DNA from: Nannocystis sp. RBIL2
GTDB lineage: Bacteria > Myxococcota_A > Polyangia > Nannocystales > Nannocystaceae
DNA: 64,000 nucleotides
Direction: 5' to 3'
Assembly (NCBI RefSeq): GCF_026626745.1
Contig: NZ_JAPNJW010000001.1
Location: forward strand, 844,311 to 908,310
Shown: in pieces, positions 22,129 to 32,232 of the stretch
Numbering within the stretch: position 1 is the first letter of the stretch
How the letters are laid out: the number at the start of each line of letters is the position of its first letter
Made by a program: the position numbers and the translations under genes
The notes under the pieces: generated by a model
What the model was told of the DNA's origin: nothing
Databases searched by the model: none
Seen by the model: only the letters and a program-made list of their open reading frames with translations

Positions 22129-23397
22129 TCACGCCGGCGGATTCACCCCGGCCTGCTTGGCGAACGCGGCCTGGACGATGGCGGCGACGCGATCTGCCTG
22201 CGGATCGTTGGGGCCCTTGGGCGCGTCGACGACGACGTCGCCGACCTGGATCTGCCGCGTCGGGCGCTGCTGCAGCGCTGCCACGAAGTCGTTCGCCGAC
22301 GAGGAGCTCTGCGCCAGCGCCGCGAGCTCCGGCGACAGGATCACCGGCTCCGGCGGCGAAGCCGGCATCCAGTTCGGGTCGTAGCCGAACGGGGCGTAGT
22401 ACCCCTCGATGTGCTGGTATGCGCCCTGGGCCAGGAACTTCTGCAGCGAGTCGAGGGTCGAGCTCTTGTAAGCGTCCGTGGTGTACGAGCCGGTGACCGG
22501 CTTGAGGTTGGGCAGCGTCGTATAGCCGCCGCCCATGGCCAGCAGCCGGAACACCTCGACCAGCACCACGATCGCGGCGTAGGAGAGGTCGACCTTGGGC
22601 AGCACGGGCGGGGCGATGTTGGGCTCGTAGATCTTCCACATCTCGAACAGGGACGGCGTGCCGAACTCCGCCCACGCGTGCGGCACGAGGTCGAGGGTGT
22701 TGTAGGCAGGCTGCAGCAACGCGCCGAGCCTGGCGCCCGAGTAGAAGGCGAACTCGCCGTTGCCCGCGGTCGGGCCGGCGAACGACTGCGCGCCGATCGT
22801 CGCGTTCTTGCCCGGATCCCAGGGCAGCACCAGCCCCTGCGCAGTGTCGGCGAGCCACAGCGCGACGGTGGGCGCGAGGGCGCCGCCGAGGCTGTGACCG
22901 GCGACGGTGATGTGCACCTTGTTGCTCACGATGGTCCGGAGGAAGTCGACCAGAGTGGTGCCCTCGCCGGGGAGCCGGGGGGCGGGCCTCAAGTTCTGGA
23001 GATTGAGCAGACCGATCGCGGTGCCGAGCGCGATCTTGGCTCCGATCGCGCCGATGTTGAACAGCCAGGGCACCTGCTTGTAGACGTGGAGGTCCTCGAT
23101 GAGCGTGTCGATCGGGGAGTTGAAGTTGGTGCCGCCGATGGAGATCACGTACTGCGAGGGATCGGCGACGCTCTGCGACACGTACATGGTGTTGACGCTG
23201 TAGCCGTCCTTCCCCACCAGCACGCCGGGGCCCCAGACGAGCTGCCACTGGCCGATGGTGGAGGCGGCGTTTTCGAGGGCCTGGCTGATCTGCTTGGACG
23301 CCCGCAGGGCGAGGTCCTGGCCGGTCACGTTCTGGACGGCGTTGGTGAACATCGACAGCGCGAAGGTCTGGACTTGAGTCGGAGGATTGGTGGACAT
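22129..23397 (-). CDS. Class 3 (fungal-type) lipase family protein.
   Basis: VAGHSLGGALA is the GHSLG nucleophile elbow. Start at ATG 23397 (MSTNPPTQ). Upstream track ORF sequence is antisense noise. Confidence 0.75.
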   Translation of the reverse strand: MSTNPPTQVQTFALSMFTNAVQNVTGQDLALRASKQISQALENAASTIGQWQLVWGPGVLVGKDGYSVNTMYVSQSVADPSQYVISIGGTNFNSPIDTLIEDLHVYKQVPWLFNIGAIGAKIALGTAIGLLNLQNLRPAPRLPGEGTTLVDFLRTIVSNKVHITVAGHSLGGALAPTVALWLADTAQGLVLPWDPGKNATIGAQSFAGPTAGNGEFAFYSGARLGALLQPAYNTLDLVPHAWAEFGTPSLFEMWKIYEPNIAPPVLPKVDLSYAAIVVLVEVFRLLAMGGGYTTLPNLKPVTGSYTTDAYKSSTLDSLQKFLAQGAYQHIEGYYAPFGYDPNWMPASPPEPVILSPELAALAQSSSSANDFVAALQQRPTRQIQVGDVVVDAPKGPNDPQADRVAAIVQAAFAKQAGVNPPA

Positions 23398-23670
23398 GAT
23401 GGTGCGTCGGATCGGTGATGAGTAAGGAAGCGGCAGCGGTGCTGCCGTGGTTGCTCGACGCTGGAGAAGAGCGCCGACCCCTCCGCTGCGATCCAAAAAA
23501 GTTCGAGCTTTCTTCGCGCCTGCGGGCGCGGTCGTCTTCGCGCCCGACGGAGGTCCGCGTCGCGAGCCGCTTCGCCAGCGTGCCTTGCGCCACGCACCGG
23601 TGTCGACGGTCGGCGAACGCCTCGCGGGGGTGCCAGGCCGCGACCGCTCGCGCACCCGACCATCGCGCCC

Positions 23671-24165
23671 ATGCTGCCCGGCATGGGCGACGACACCTGC
23701 GCCATCACCTTGAAGGTGAACGGGTCCACGCTGCGCTTGCAGGTCGCCCCCTGGACCACCCTGCTCGACCTGCTGCGCGAGCGCCTCGGCCTCACCGGCA
23801 GCAAGAAGGGCTGTGACCACGGCCAGTGCGGCGCCTGCACCGTGCTCGTCGACGGCGTCCGCATCAACAGCTGCCTCAGCCTCGCGGTGATGCGCGACGG
23901 CGCCAGCGTCACCACGATCGAGGGCCTGGCCGAGGGCGACGCACTGCACCCGCTGCAGCAGTCGTTCATCGAACACGACGCGTTCCAGTGCGGCTACTGC
24001 ACGCCGGGCCAGCTCTGCTCGGCCGTCGGTCTGATCGCCGAGGGCCACGCGCACAGCGAGGACGACATCCGCGAGCTCATGAGCGGCAACCTGTGCCGCT
24101 GCGGCGCCTACCCCAACATCGTCGCCGCGATCGGCCAGGCCATGCGGCCGCGGAGGGACGCATGA
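23671..24165 (+). CDS. Molybdo-flavoenzyme [2Fe-2S] small subunit (CoxS/PaoA-like).
   Basis: Two Fe-S cysteine clusters are present: CDHGQCGAC (plant-ferredoxin-like) and CGYCTPG ... CRCGAY. The stop overlaps the next start as ATGA. Confidence 0.9.
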   Translation: MLPGMGDDTCAITLKVNGSTLRLQVAPWTTLLDLLRERLGLTGSKKGCDHGQCGACTVLVDGVRINSCLSLAVMRDGASVTTIEGLAEGDALHPLQQSFIEHDAFQCGYCTPGQLCSAVGLIAEGHAHSEDDIRELMSGNLCRCGAYPNIVAAIGQAMRPRRDA

Positions 24166-25157
24166 ACCGGTTCGGCTACACCCGCGCGGGCGACGTCGCC
24201 GAGGCGGTGCACGCGGCCGCCGGTGATGACGCGGCCCAGTTCATCGCCGGCGGGACCAACCTCGTCGACCTGATGAAGGAGCGGATCGCCGCGCCGAGCC
24301 GGCTCATCGACATCACTCGCCTGCCGCTGCGCGCAGTGAAGTCGCTGCCGGACGGCGGCCTCGAGATCGGCGCGCTCGTCAGCAACAGCGACGTCGCTTA
24401 TCACCCCGAGGTCGCGTCCCGCTATCCGCTGCTGTCGCAGGCGATCCTCGCCGGCGCCTCGCCGCAGCTGCGCAACATGGCCAGCACCGGCGGCAACCTG
24501 CTGCAGCGCACCCGCTGCTATTACTTCTACGACGCCGCCCTGCCCTGCAACAAGCGCGCGCCCGGCAGCGGCTGTCCGGCGCGTGACGGCGTCAACCGGA
24601 TCCACGCGATCCTCGGCGCCAGCGAGCATTGCATCGCAGTCCATCCTTCGGACATGTGCGTCGCCCTGGCCGCGCTCGCGGCCACAGTGCACGTCACCGG
24701 CCCCGCCGGCGCGCGCGCGATCGAATTCGCCGAGTTCCACCGCCTGCCCGGCGACGCCCCCGAGCGCGACACCACCTTGCAACCGGGCGAGCTCGTCACC
24801 GCCGTCGCGCTGCCGCGCGAGGGTTTCGCCGCTCACTCGACCTACCTCAAGGTCCGCGACCGTCACTCCTACGCGTTCGCGCTGGTGTCGGTGGCAGTCG
24901 GCCTGAGGATGGTCGACGGCACGATCGCCGAGGCCCGCCTCGCGCTCGGCGGCGTGGCCCACAAGCCGTGGCGCGACCCCACTGCCGAGGCGCTGCTGCG
25001 CGGCCAAAGGCCCGACGACGCCCTGTTCGCCGCTGTCGGCGAGCACCTCGTGCGCGACGCTCGCGGCTGCGGCCACAACGACTTCAAGATCGCCCTCGTC
25101 CGCCGCGCGGTGGTCCGCGCGCTGCAGCAGGCGGTCGCCGGAGGGCCACGCGCATGA
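24162..25157 (+). CDS. Molybdo-flavoenzyme FAD-binding medium subunit (CoxM/PaoB-like).
   Basis: MNRFGYTRAGDVAEAV ... FIAGGTNLVDLMK is the FAD-binding PCMH-type fold signature. ATGA overlaps at both ends. Confidence 0.9.
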   Translation: MNRFGYTRAGDVAEAVHAAAGDDAAQFIAGGTNLVDLMKERIAAPSRLIDITRLPLRAVKSLPDGGLEIGALVSNSDVAYHPEVASRYPLLSQAILAGASPQLRNMASTGGNLLQRTRCYYFYDAALPCNKRAPGSGCPARDGVNRIHAILGASEHCIAVHPSDMCVALAALAATVHVTGPAGARAIEFAEFHRLPGDAPERDTTLQPGELVTAVALPREGFAAHSTYLKVRDRHSYAFALVSVAVGLRMVDGTIAEARLALGGVAHKPWRDPTAEALLRGQRPDDALFAAVGEHLVRDARGCGHNDFKIALVRRAVVRALQQAVAGGPRA

Positions 25158-27382
25158 CCACGGGAAAGACCGGCGCACCCCACGATCGCGTCGACGGCCG
25201 GGCCAAGGTCACTGGTCAGGCCCGTTACGCCGGCGAGTTCACGGCCCCCGACCTCGTCCACGGTTTTGTCGTCACCAGCGCGATCGCCCGCGGCAAGATC
25301 GTCCGCATCGACGCCGCCGAGGCGCTCGCGCTGCCCGGCGTGCTGCAGGTATACACCCACGAGAACGCCCCGCGGCTGGCCTGGCGCGACCGCAGCTGGC
25401 GCGACATGGTCGCCCCCGGCGGCTCGCCGCTGCGCCCGCTCCACGACGCCGAGGTCCAGTTCAGCGGCCAGCCGATCGCGCTCGTGGTCGCCGAGAGCTT
25501 CGAGCTCGCGCGCGAGGCCGCGGGCCTGGTCAAGGTCGACTACGAGGCCGCGCCGCACGAGACCCGCCTCGCCGAGGTCGAGGCCGAGGCGCACGAGCCG
25601 GCCCGCGGCAAGAAGGGCTACACCCCGCCGCCGAAGCCGCGCGGGCGCGCCGACGAGGCCCTCGCGGCCGCGCCCGTGCGCGTCGAGGCGACCTACGAGC
25701 ACCCGCCGCTGCACCACAACCCGATGGAGCCGCACGCCACCACCGTGATCGTCGAGGCCGACGGCAGCCTGACGATCCACGACAAGACCCAGGGCGTGAC
25801 CAACAGCCGCGACTACGTGTGCAAGGTGTTCGGCCTGGCGAGCGACCAGGTCCGCGTCGTCACCCCGTTCGTCGGCGGCGGCTTCGGCTCGGGCCTGCGC
25901 CCGCAATATCAATTGTTTCTCGCGGTGCTGGCCGCCCGCGAGCTGCGGCGCTCGGTCCGGGTGGTGCTGAGCCGCCAGCAGATGTTCACCATCGGCTACC
26001 GCCCGTGGACGCGCCAGCGCGTGGCCCTCGGCGCCGAGCGAGACGGCAGGCTGCGCGCGCTGATCCACGAGGCAGTCGGCAACACCTCGCGCTTCGAGGA
26101 TTACTGCGAGAACGTGGTCCCCTGGTCCGGCGTGCTCTACGAGTGCCCGAACACGCGGCTCGAGTACGGCGTGGCCGCGCTCGATCTCTACACCCCGATC
26201 GACGCTCGCGCGCCGGGGGCCGTCACCGGCTTGTGGGCGCTCGAGTCGGCGATCGACGAGCTGGCCGACGCGCTGGACATCGACCCGCTGGCGCTGCGGC
26301 TCAAGAACTACGCCGAGGAGGATCAGGACCACCGGCGCCCGTTCTCGAGCAAGGCCCTGCGCGACTGCTACCGCGAGGGCGCGGCGCGGTTCGGCTGGCA
26401 CCGGCGCTCCCTGGCCGCGCGATCGATGCGGGAGGGCGCGCTGCAGATCGGCTGGGCCATGGCCACCGGCATCTGGGAGGCGCAGCAGGCCCCCTCGCAG
26501 GCCAAGGCGCTGCTGACCGCCGACTGCCGGCTGCACGTCGCCAGCGCCAGCGGCGAGATCGGCCCCGGCACCTACACGATCATGTCCCAGATCGCCGCCG
26601 AGCAGCTCGGCTTGCCGCTCGCCGCGGTCCGCTTCGAGCTCGGCGACACCGCGTTGCCGCCGGCGATGATCCAGGGCGGCTCGGCCACCGCCTCCTCGGT
26701 CGGCTCCGCCGTGCTGGCGGTGTGTCGGGCGCTGCAGCACAGCCTCTTGAAGCTGGCGCAGACCATGCCCGACTCGCCCTTCGGCGGACGCGCGCTCGAA
26801 GACGTCGAGTTCGTCGATCGCAGCCTGCGCCTGTGCAGCGGTGTCGCTCCGGCCGTGCCGATCGCCGCGATCATGCGCCACGCCGGCCTCGGCAGCATCG
26901 CCGAGCAGACCACCGCGATCCCCGACCTCGCCCGTCAATCACGCTACACCAGCAACGCCCACTCGGCGGTGTTCGTCGAGGTCGCGGTCGACGAGGCGCT
27001 CGGCACCGTGACCGTGAGGCGAGTGGTCAGCGCGGTCGCGGGCGGACGAATCTTGAACCCCAAGACCGCGCGCAGCCAGATCCTCGGCGGCGTGGTGTGG
27101 GGCATCGGCATGGCGCTCGAGGAGCACAGCATGCTCGACCACGGGCTCGGCCGCTTCGTCAATCACAACCTCGGCGAGTACCACGTACCGGTCCACGCCG
27201 ACGTGCCCGCGATCGACGTAGTGTTCGTCGAGGAGCGCGACGACGTCGTCAACCCGCTCGGCGTCAAGGGCCTCGGCGAGATCGGGATCGTCGGCGTCGC
27301 GGCCGCGATCGCCAACGCAGTGTTCCACGCGACCGGCAGGCGGATCCGCGAGCTGCCGATCACCCTCGACAAGCTGCTGTGA
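25154..27382 (+). CDS. Molybdopterin-binding large subunit of a xanthine dehydrogenase / aldehyde oxidoreductase family enzyme.
   Basis: 742 aa. GQARYAGEF (aldehyde oxidoreductase/xanthine dehydrogenase a/b hammerhead) and the VFGLASDQVRV...GGGFG and GxGExG motifs. Third gene of the S-M-L operon. Confidence 0.9.
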   Translation: MTTGKTGAPHDRVDGRAKVTGQARYAGEFTAPDLVHGFVVTSAIARGKIVRIDAAEALALPGVLQVYTHENAPRLAWRDRSWRDMVAPGGSPLRPLHDAEVQFSGQPIALVVAESFELAREAAGLVKVDYEAAPHETRLAEVEAEAHEPARGKKGYTPPPKPRGRADEALAAAPVRVEATYEHPPLHHNPMEPHATTVIVEADGSLTIHDKTQGVTNSRDYVCKVFGLASDQVRVVTPFVGGGFGSGLRPQYQLFLAVLAARELRRSVRVVLSRQQMFTIGYRPWTRQRVALGAERDGRLRALIHEAVGNTSRFEDYCENVVPWSGVLYECPNTRLEYGVAALDLYTPIDARAPGAVTGLWALESAIDELADALDIDPLALRLKNYAEEDQDHRRPFSSKALRDCYREGAARFGWHRRSLAARSMREGALQIGWAMATGIWEAQQAPSQAKALLTADCRLHVASASGEIGPGTYTIMSQIAAEQLGLPLAAVRFELGDTALPPAMIQGGSATASSVGSAVLAVCRALQHSLLKLAQTMPDSPFGGRALEDVEFVDRSLRLCSGVAPAVPIAAIMRHAGLGSIAEQTTAIPDLARQSRYTSNAHSAVFVEVAVDEALGTVTVRRVVSAVAGGRILNPKTARSQILGGVVWGIGMALEEHSMLDHGLGRFVNHNLGEYHVPVHADVPAIDVVFVEERDDVVNPLGVKGLGEIGIVGVAAAIANAVFHATGRRIRELPITLDKLL

Positions 27383-27428
27383 TTCCCGGCGCTCGCCCGA
27401 CGCACGCGCGACACCACCAGCGGGGGCC

Positions 27429-27959
27429 TCACGCCGGCCGCTCGCGCGCGAGCTCGGACGTCTCGCGCCCCGCTCCGCGGCTCTCTGCCTGCCGGAGCTC
27501 GCGCTCGAGGAAGTAGTTCAGCAGCGTGCGCAGGACCACGATCGCGGCCAGCTGACCGATCACCGCCAGCGACGGCGCCACCGCGGTCTTGAGGATGTCG
27601 GCCGCCAGTTCGAACTCGAGCGCCAGCGCCAGCGACTTGCCGAGCTGCAGCCGGATCTCGTCCTGGTAGGTGTCGTGCGGCGAGGCGCGGCGCGGCAGGT
27701 GCGGCACGAAGCGGGCCAGCGCTCGCAGCACCGCGACTGCGATCACCAGGGCCCCGCACAGCTCGGCGAAGAACGTCATGTACTGGACGACGGACGCCAG
27801 CACCATCTCCGTGGCGCACGCGCCCGGAATCGCGTTCTCGCAGGTCTCGCGGGCGGGCGCGACGGCTGCCGGTTCGGCCGCCGTGTGCTCCTCGATGCGC
27901 ACGGTGAGAGGGCACGCGCACAGCAGCAGCAGCGGAGCGAGGCGGAGGAGACGCACCAC
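27429..27959 (-). CDS. DUF1622-like small membrane protein (start uncertain).
   Basis: The C-terminal half (DTYQDEIRLQLGKSLALALEFELAADILKTAV ... LRTLLNYFLERE) matches DUF1622 from memory. The N-terminal extension may be spurious. Confidence 0.45.
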   Translation of the reverse strand: MVRLLRLAPLLLLCACPLTVRIEEHTAAEPAAVAPARETCENAIPGACATEMVLASVVQYMTFFAELCGALVIAVAVLRALARFVPHLPRRASPHDTYQDEIRLQLGKSLALALEFELAADILKTAVAPSLAVIGQLAAIVVLRTLLNYFLERELRQAESRGAGRETSELARERPA

Positions 27960-28437
27960 CCAAGAACCATGATCGACGCCCCCGACCTGGCGCGGCCGCA
28001 GCGTCCTCCCGCCCGCGCGCCCGACCGCTGCGCGACGGACCCCCCCGACGAGCCCGCCGGCGCAGTTTGCGGCCGCTTTCTCGCCTTGCCGAGCGTGCTC
28101 GGCCGCAGCGGCAGCTCGACCTCGGGCTCGCTAAGCTCGTGATCTCCGCGCCGCCGCGAGGCAACGTGACAGCATCACGTCGCGGAGCGACAGCCGACTC
28201 TCCGCAACTGCTGGCGATCGCCGCCTCCACCATCGCCGAAGAACGGGCGAGCCGATCGCTGTCGACGAGGAGACCCCTGCATCTCGCCCCCTGAACGCTC
28301 CGCTCGGGAGCGCGGCGAAGTAGCCACTCGAAACAGCGACACGTATTCCTCTGGCAGCGCCCCCCTCTCTCGCGTCATGAGCATCCGGGGATCTCCGCTT
28401 CTCTTCGCGCCCCGATCCGTGGTGTCTTCGCGCCGGC

Positions 28438-30126
28438 ATGGAACGCCGCCTCAAGTCCCCCCCGAGCAAGCTGGCGAAGCTCAAGCCGGCGATCGCCGCC
28501 GTCCTCCCGGGCGGTCTGCCGCGCGACGTCGCCCGCTTCTACGCCAAGAGCGACGGCCTGAAGCTGTCCTGGAACGGCGAAGAGGCCGTCCTCGTCGGTC
28601 TCGCCGAGATGTTCGGCGGGCTCAAGAGGGGGGCGTTCCGCGAGCACCGCGTCGTCAAGAAGGCCGACGTGGACGAGCTCGAGTGGACGGACCTCCCCTT
28701 CTACGAGCAGTTCTTCAACGAGCACGGGGACTACTTCGACAAGAAGTCGATCGACCCGCTCAACCTCCGCATGCGGCTCAAGCTGCTCGCCAGCGTCGCG
28801 GGCGAGTCGAACGAGCTCGCCATCGACTACTTCGCCGAGGAACCGACGATCTACCTCGTACACCGCGCCGACGCGGCGTACCCGCTGAAGGGCCTCAGCT
28901 TCGCCGAATTCGTCACGTGGTTCTCGAAGTTCGGCACGTGGCGCTGGTACTTCGCCTTCCTCGACAAGAAGGCCGAGGCGAGCCTCAACATCGATCTCCG
29001 CGCAGAGCTCGAGCGCGCCTTCGAGGATGTTCCGGCGGAGGAGTGGGCTCCCCTCCTCGCGCGCCTGCCGAAGAAGAAAGCGCCCGGCCCCGTGCGCCCG
29101 CAGGTGCTCGCCGCCACGAGCGATCCGCCGGCCGTCCGCCCGTCCTTCCCGCCGCTGAAGCAGCCGCCCGCGGTCCTCGACGAGGAATACCCGCGCCGCG
29201 TGGCGTTCAGCCCCGACGGCCAGCGCCTCGCGGTCTGGGGCGCCAACTACGAGCTCTTCGTCCACGACGTGGGCCGACGCGAGCGCCTGTGGAAGCAGAA
29301 GCACGCGGCGGCGATGGACCTGTCCGTGGACGGCCAGACAGTCGCGGTGCTCGAGCAATCGCGGGCGAACGAGCCCGCCGATCGGCTCGTGCTGCGCGCG
29401 TGCGCCACGGGCAAGCCGCTCCAGCGCGAGCCGTGGCGGCCCGGCCACGCGCTCACGACTCTGGCCTGTGTGGGCGGCGGCCGGGTCGTCGTCGCCGACA
29501 CCGCCGACACCCTGCACGTCCTCGACCTCGCCACGCAGCGGACGCTGAAGACCGTGCCCCGCGTGAAGCAAGTGCGCCGGCTCGGCGCCGCCGGCGACCG
29601 GTTGCTCGCCCACGTCCAGGCCTACGACGCGGGCACCATGATGCTCACCGGCCCGTCCGCGGTGAAGCTCTTCGACCTCGAGACCGGCGCGCTCGTGACG
29701 ACCTGGGCCGGCGCCTCGGTGTTCGCCGCCTCGGCCGACGGCGCGCTCGTGGCTCTCGGCTCGATCGGCAAGCGATCGGTGGGGGTGCGGATCGTCGAGC
29801 TCGAGTCCGGCCGCGTCCTCCACGAGCTCCAGGGCGGCGCCATCCATCCGGACGAGACCCCCGACGCCGGCTTCCACCTCGCGTTCTCGCCTGACGGCGC
29901 GCGCCTCGTCGTCAGCGAGCGGGTGTACGACGCGGCCAGCAAGACAGTGACGAGCACCGTGAGCCTCTACGACGCGAAGCAGGGCACGCTCCTCGAGCGC
30001 GTCGACCTCGGACGGAACCCCGAGCGCCCGCGCATCACGATCGACGCCGAGGGGCTCGCCCTCTCGGTCGACGGCGTGCTCTGCGTCGCCGCCGACGCGT
30101 ACGGCCTCCGCCTCTGGCAAGTCTGA
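28438..30126 (+). CDS. Beta-propeller (WD40/PQQ-like) repeat protein with an N-terminal SMI1/KNR4-like domain.
   Basis: The N-terminal 180 aa (LPRDVARFYAKSDGLKLSWNGEE ...) resembles SUKH-type domains. The C-terminal half has repeated FSPDG / DG..LA blade motifs. Confidence 0.55.
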   Translation: MERRLKSPPSKLAKLKPAIAAVLPGGLPRDVARFYAKSDGLKLSWNGEEAVLVGLAEMFGGLKRGAFREHRVVKKADVDELEWTDLPFYEQFFNEHGDYFDKKSIDPLNLRMRLKLLASVAGESNELAIDYFAEEPTIYLVHRADAAYPLKGLSFAEFVTWFSKFGTWRWYFAFLDKKAEASLNIDLRAELERAFEDVPAEEWAPLLARLPKKKAPGPVRPQVLAATSDPPAVRPSFPPLKQPPAVLDEEYPRRVAFSPDGQRLAVWGANYELFVHDVGRRERLWKQKHAAAMDLSVDGQTVAVLEQSRANEPADRLVLRACATGKPLQREPWRPGHALTTLACVGGGRVVVADTADTLHVLDLATQRTLKTVPRVKQVRRLGAAGDRLLAHVQAYDAGTMMLTGPSAVKLFDLETGALVTTWAGASVFAASADGALVALGSIGKRSVGVRIVELESGRVLHELQGGAIHPDETPDAGFHLAFSPDGARLVVSERVYDAASKTVTSTVSLYDAKQGTLLERVDLGRNPERPRITIDAEGLALSVDGVLCVAADAYGLRLWQV

Positions 30127-30141
30127 CGGCCGCGTCGGCGC

Positions 30142-31017
30142 TCAGTCGCGGAGCCCGACCTCCGCCTCACCGGAGTCGACGCGACGCTTGAGGAAGGTGC
30201 CCGGCGTCAGCCCGACGAGCTCGCGAAAGTCGGTGATGAGGTGCGCCTGGTCGTAATAGCCCGCGTCTGCGGCGATGCGCGCCCAGTCCTTCGACGTCGC
30301 CGCCATCCGCACCGCGCGTCGCAGGCGGACCGTGCGCGCGAAGTCCTTCGGGCCGATGCCGACGCACTCCGTGAAGGTGCGGCGAAGATGCCGCGCAGTG
30401 ACGCCGAGCTGCTCCGCCACGCGCTCCACCCGGGCCTCGCCTGCTTCGAACAGGTGAACCGCGCGGCGCGCCAGCCGTGCCGATGACGTCTCGAAGCTGT
30501 CGCTCGTCCGCAGCGCGATCGCGCTGGACACCCGCTCGAGCACCTCCGGCAGGCTCCGCGTCGCCAGCAGCGCGTCGCAGAGCTCGCTGCCCGGGCGGCC
30601 CCAGATGTCTTCCAGCGGCACGACCCGATCCGTCAGCGCGTTCGCTGCCACGCCGAGCAGCGCCGTCGACCAGCCGGGCTTGAGCTGCAGGACGATCGCC
30701 CGCGCGACGCCGCCGCCGTCCTTGAACAGCGCGCGCATGCGCGGGCCGACGACGCACACATCGCCGCTGCGGCCCTCCTCGAGCACGCGAAACACGACCG
30801 TCGTCCTTCCGTCGGGCAGTCGCTCGTAACGCGCGCGTCCGGCGGCCGGCACGAGCACGAGCACGTCCTCGATGAAGCGCGAGAGCGGAGAGGTCGCGGC
30901 GGTGGCGCTCAGCGTGTGCAGCACCCACGTACTGTCGCGCGCCGACGGCGATCGTTCAAGCCGGCGCGTCAGTGTCGCTCCGGAAATGTCCGGTCCTTCC
31001 AATCGGACATCGGTCAC
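30142..31017 (-). CDS. AraC-family transcriptional regulator.
   Basis: A C-terminal double HTH (VAEQLGVTARHLRRTFTECVGIGPKDFARTVRLRRAVRM). Divergent from the hydrolase gene. Confidence 0.8.
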   Translation of the reverse strand: MTDVRLEGPDISGATLTRRLERSPSARDSTWVLHTLSATAATSPLSRFIEDVLVLVPAAGRARYERLPDGRTTVVFRVLEEGRSGDVCVVGPRMRALFKDGGGVARAIVLQLKPGWSTALLGVAANALTDRVVPLEDIWGRPGSELCDALLATRSLPEVLERVSSAIALRTSDSFETSSARLARRAVHLFEAGEARVERVAEQLGVTARHLRRTFTECVGIGPKDFARTVRLRRAVRMAATSKDWARIAADAGYYDQAHLITDFRELVGLTPGTFLKRRVDSGEAEVGLRD

Positions 31018-31052
31018 CCGAGCTACCCACGGAGGCGAAGGGAATCCACACC

Positions 31053-32000
31053 ATGACCGAACCCACTCCCGCAGCGCGCCCCACCCAGGTCCTCTCGATC
31101 AGCCCCATCGTGCTGCCGGTCCCCGGCCGCGCGGTGGATCTTCAGCTGCGCGTCACGGCGCCCGTGACCGGCGGCGAGCTGCCCATCCTCCTGCTCTCGC
31201 ACGGCCACGGCCCCTCCAACCATCTCTCCTCCCTGAACGGCTACGCCCCCCTCGCCCACTCCTTCGCGGCTCACGGCTTCGTCGTGATCCAGCCCACCCA
31301 CCTCGACTCGAAGACGCTGCCCTTCCGCAGCTCCGATCACCCCGATGCGCCGCTCTTCTGGCGCTCGCGCGCCGAGGACATGAAGCAGATCCTCGACCAG
31401 CTCGACGCGATCGAACGCGCCGCGCCTGCGCTCGCCGGACGCGTCGATCGCAGCAAGGTCGCCGTCCTCGGCCACTCGATGGGCGGGCACACCGCGAGCG
31501 TGCTGCTCGGCGCGCGGCTCCGGGATCCACGCGACGGCAGCGAGGTGAGCCTCGCGGAGCCGCGGATCCGCGCGGGCGTGCTGCTCGCCGCGCCGGGCCG
31601 AGGCGACGCCCTCAGCAAGTACGCAGCCGAGCACTACCCATTCTTCTCGACCATCGACTTCTCGACGATGACGACGCCCGCGCTCGTCGTCGCCGGCGAC
31701 AAGGACGGGTCTCCCCACCTCACCACCGCAGGCGCCGCCTGGCACGCCGATCCCTACGTCCTCGCGCCTGGCCCCAAATCCCTGCTCACCCTGTTCGACG
31801 CGGGGCACGGCCTCGGCGGCGTCTCGGGCTACGACGCCGCCGAGACCACCGACGAGAACCCCGCCCGCGTCGCCGCGGTCCAGCGCCTCTCGGCGGCCTA
31901 CCTCCGCACGCAGCTCTATCCCGGAGACCCCGCGTGGCAAGCGGCCCAACATGCGTTCACCCGCGCCGCCGACCCGCTCGGGCGGATCGAGTCCAAATGA
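31053..32000 (+). CDS. Alpha/beta hydrolase (dienelactone / PET-hydrolase-like).
   Basis: ATG at 31053 (MTEPTPAARP) with an upstream ggaggcgaagggaat RBS. LLLSHGHG oxyanion-hole and GHSMGG nucleophile motifs. Confidence 0.75.
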   Translation: MTEPTPAARPTQVLSISPIVLPVPGRAVDLQLRVTAPVTGGELPILLLSHGHGPSNHLSSLNGYAPLAHSFAAHGFVVIQPTHLDSKTLPFRSSDHPDAPLFWRSRAEDMKQILDQLDAIERAAPALAGRVDRSKVAVLGHSMGGHTASVLLGARLRDPRDGSEVSLAEPRIRAGVLLAAPGRGDALSKYAAEHYPFFSTIDFSTMTTPALVVAGDKDGSPHLTTAGAAWHADPYVLAPGPKSLLTLFDAGHGLGGVSGYDAAETTDENPARVAAVQRLSAAYLRTQLYPGDPAWQAAQHAFTRAADPLGRIESK

Positions 32001-32016
32001 GCGCAGGAGCGACGCC

Positions 32017-32232
32017 TCAGTATTCTTCGCAGACGCCGTTGGCGCAGACGCGGATCAACTGCCAGCCCGAGCTGCAGAGGTAAGTCTCCGAGCGCGTGTG
32101 CGCCTTGTTCCAGGTGGTCACGGTCTCGCCCTCGTTGCTGGCGGTGCAGGCCTTGGTGGGCTGGGCGGCCAGCGCGGTGTTGGCGATGATGATGCCGACT
32201 GCGAAGGACAGAATGAAAGCAAGCTTCTTCAT
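32017..32232 (-). CDS. Small secreted Cys-rich peptide (71 aa precursor, 4 Cys).
   Basis: The N-terminus MKKLAFILSFAVGIIIANTALAAQP is a clean Sec signal peptide. The mature part of about 48 aa has four Cys. Codon usage is lower in GC than the surroundings (aag/aaa/att-rich). Confidence 0.45.
   Translation of the reverse strand: MKKLAFILSFAVGIIIANTALAAQPTKACTASNEGETVTTWNKAHTRSETYLCSSGWQLIRVCANGVCEEY

Noticed and set aside
24108-28484. ORFs 24108..25178(-), 24629..27382(+) N-terminal extension, 24869..26938(-), 25819..27516(+), 26939..27328(-), 27163..28233(-), 27675..28142(+).
   Set aside because: They are antisense or out-of-frame relative to the well-supported S-M-L oxidoreductase genes and DUF1622.
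30981-31011. AATG/CATC pair in the araC-hydrolase divergent region, considered as another array copy.
   Set aside because: The spacing is 23 bp, not 14, and both cores are degenerate. It is likely chance.
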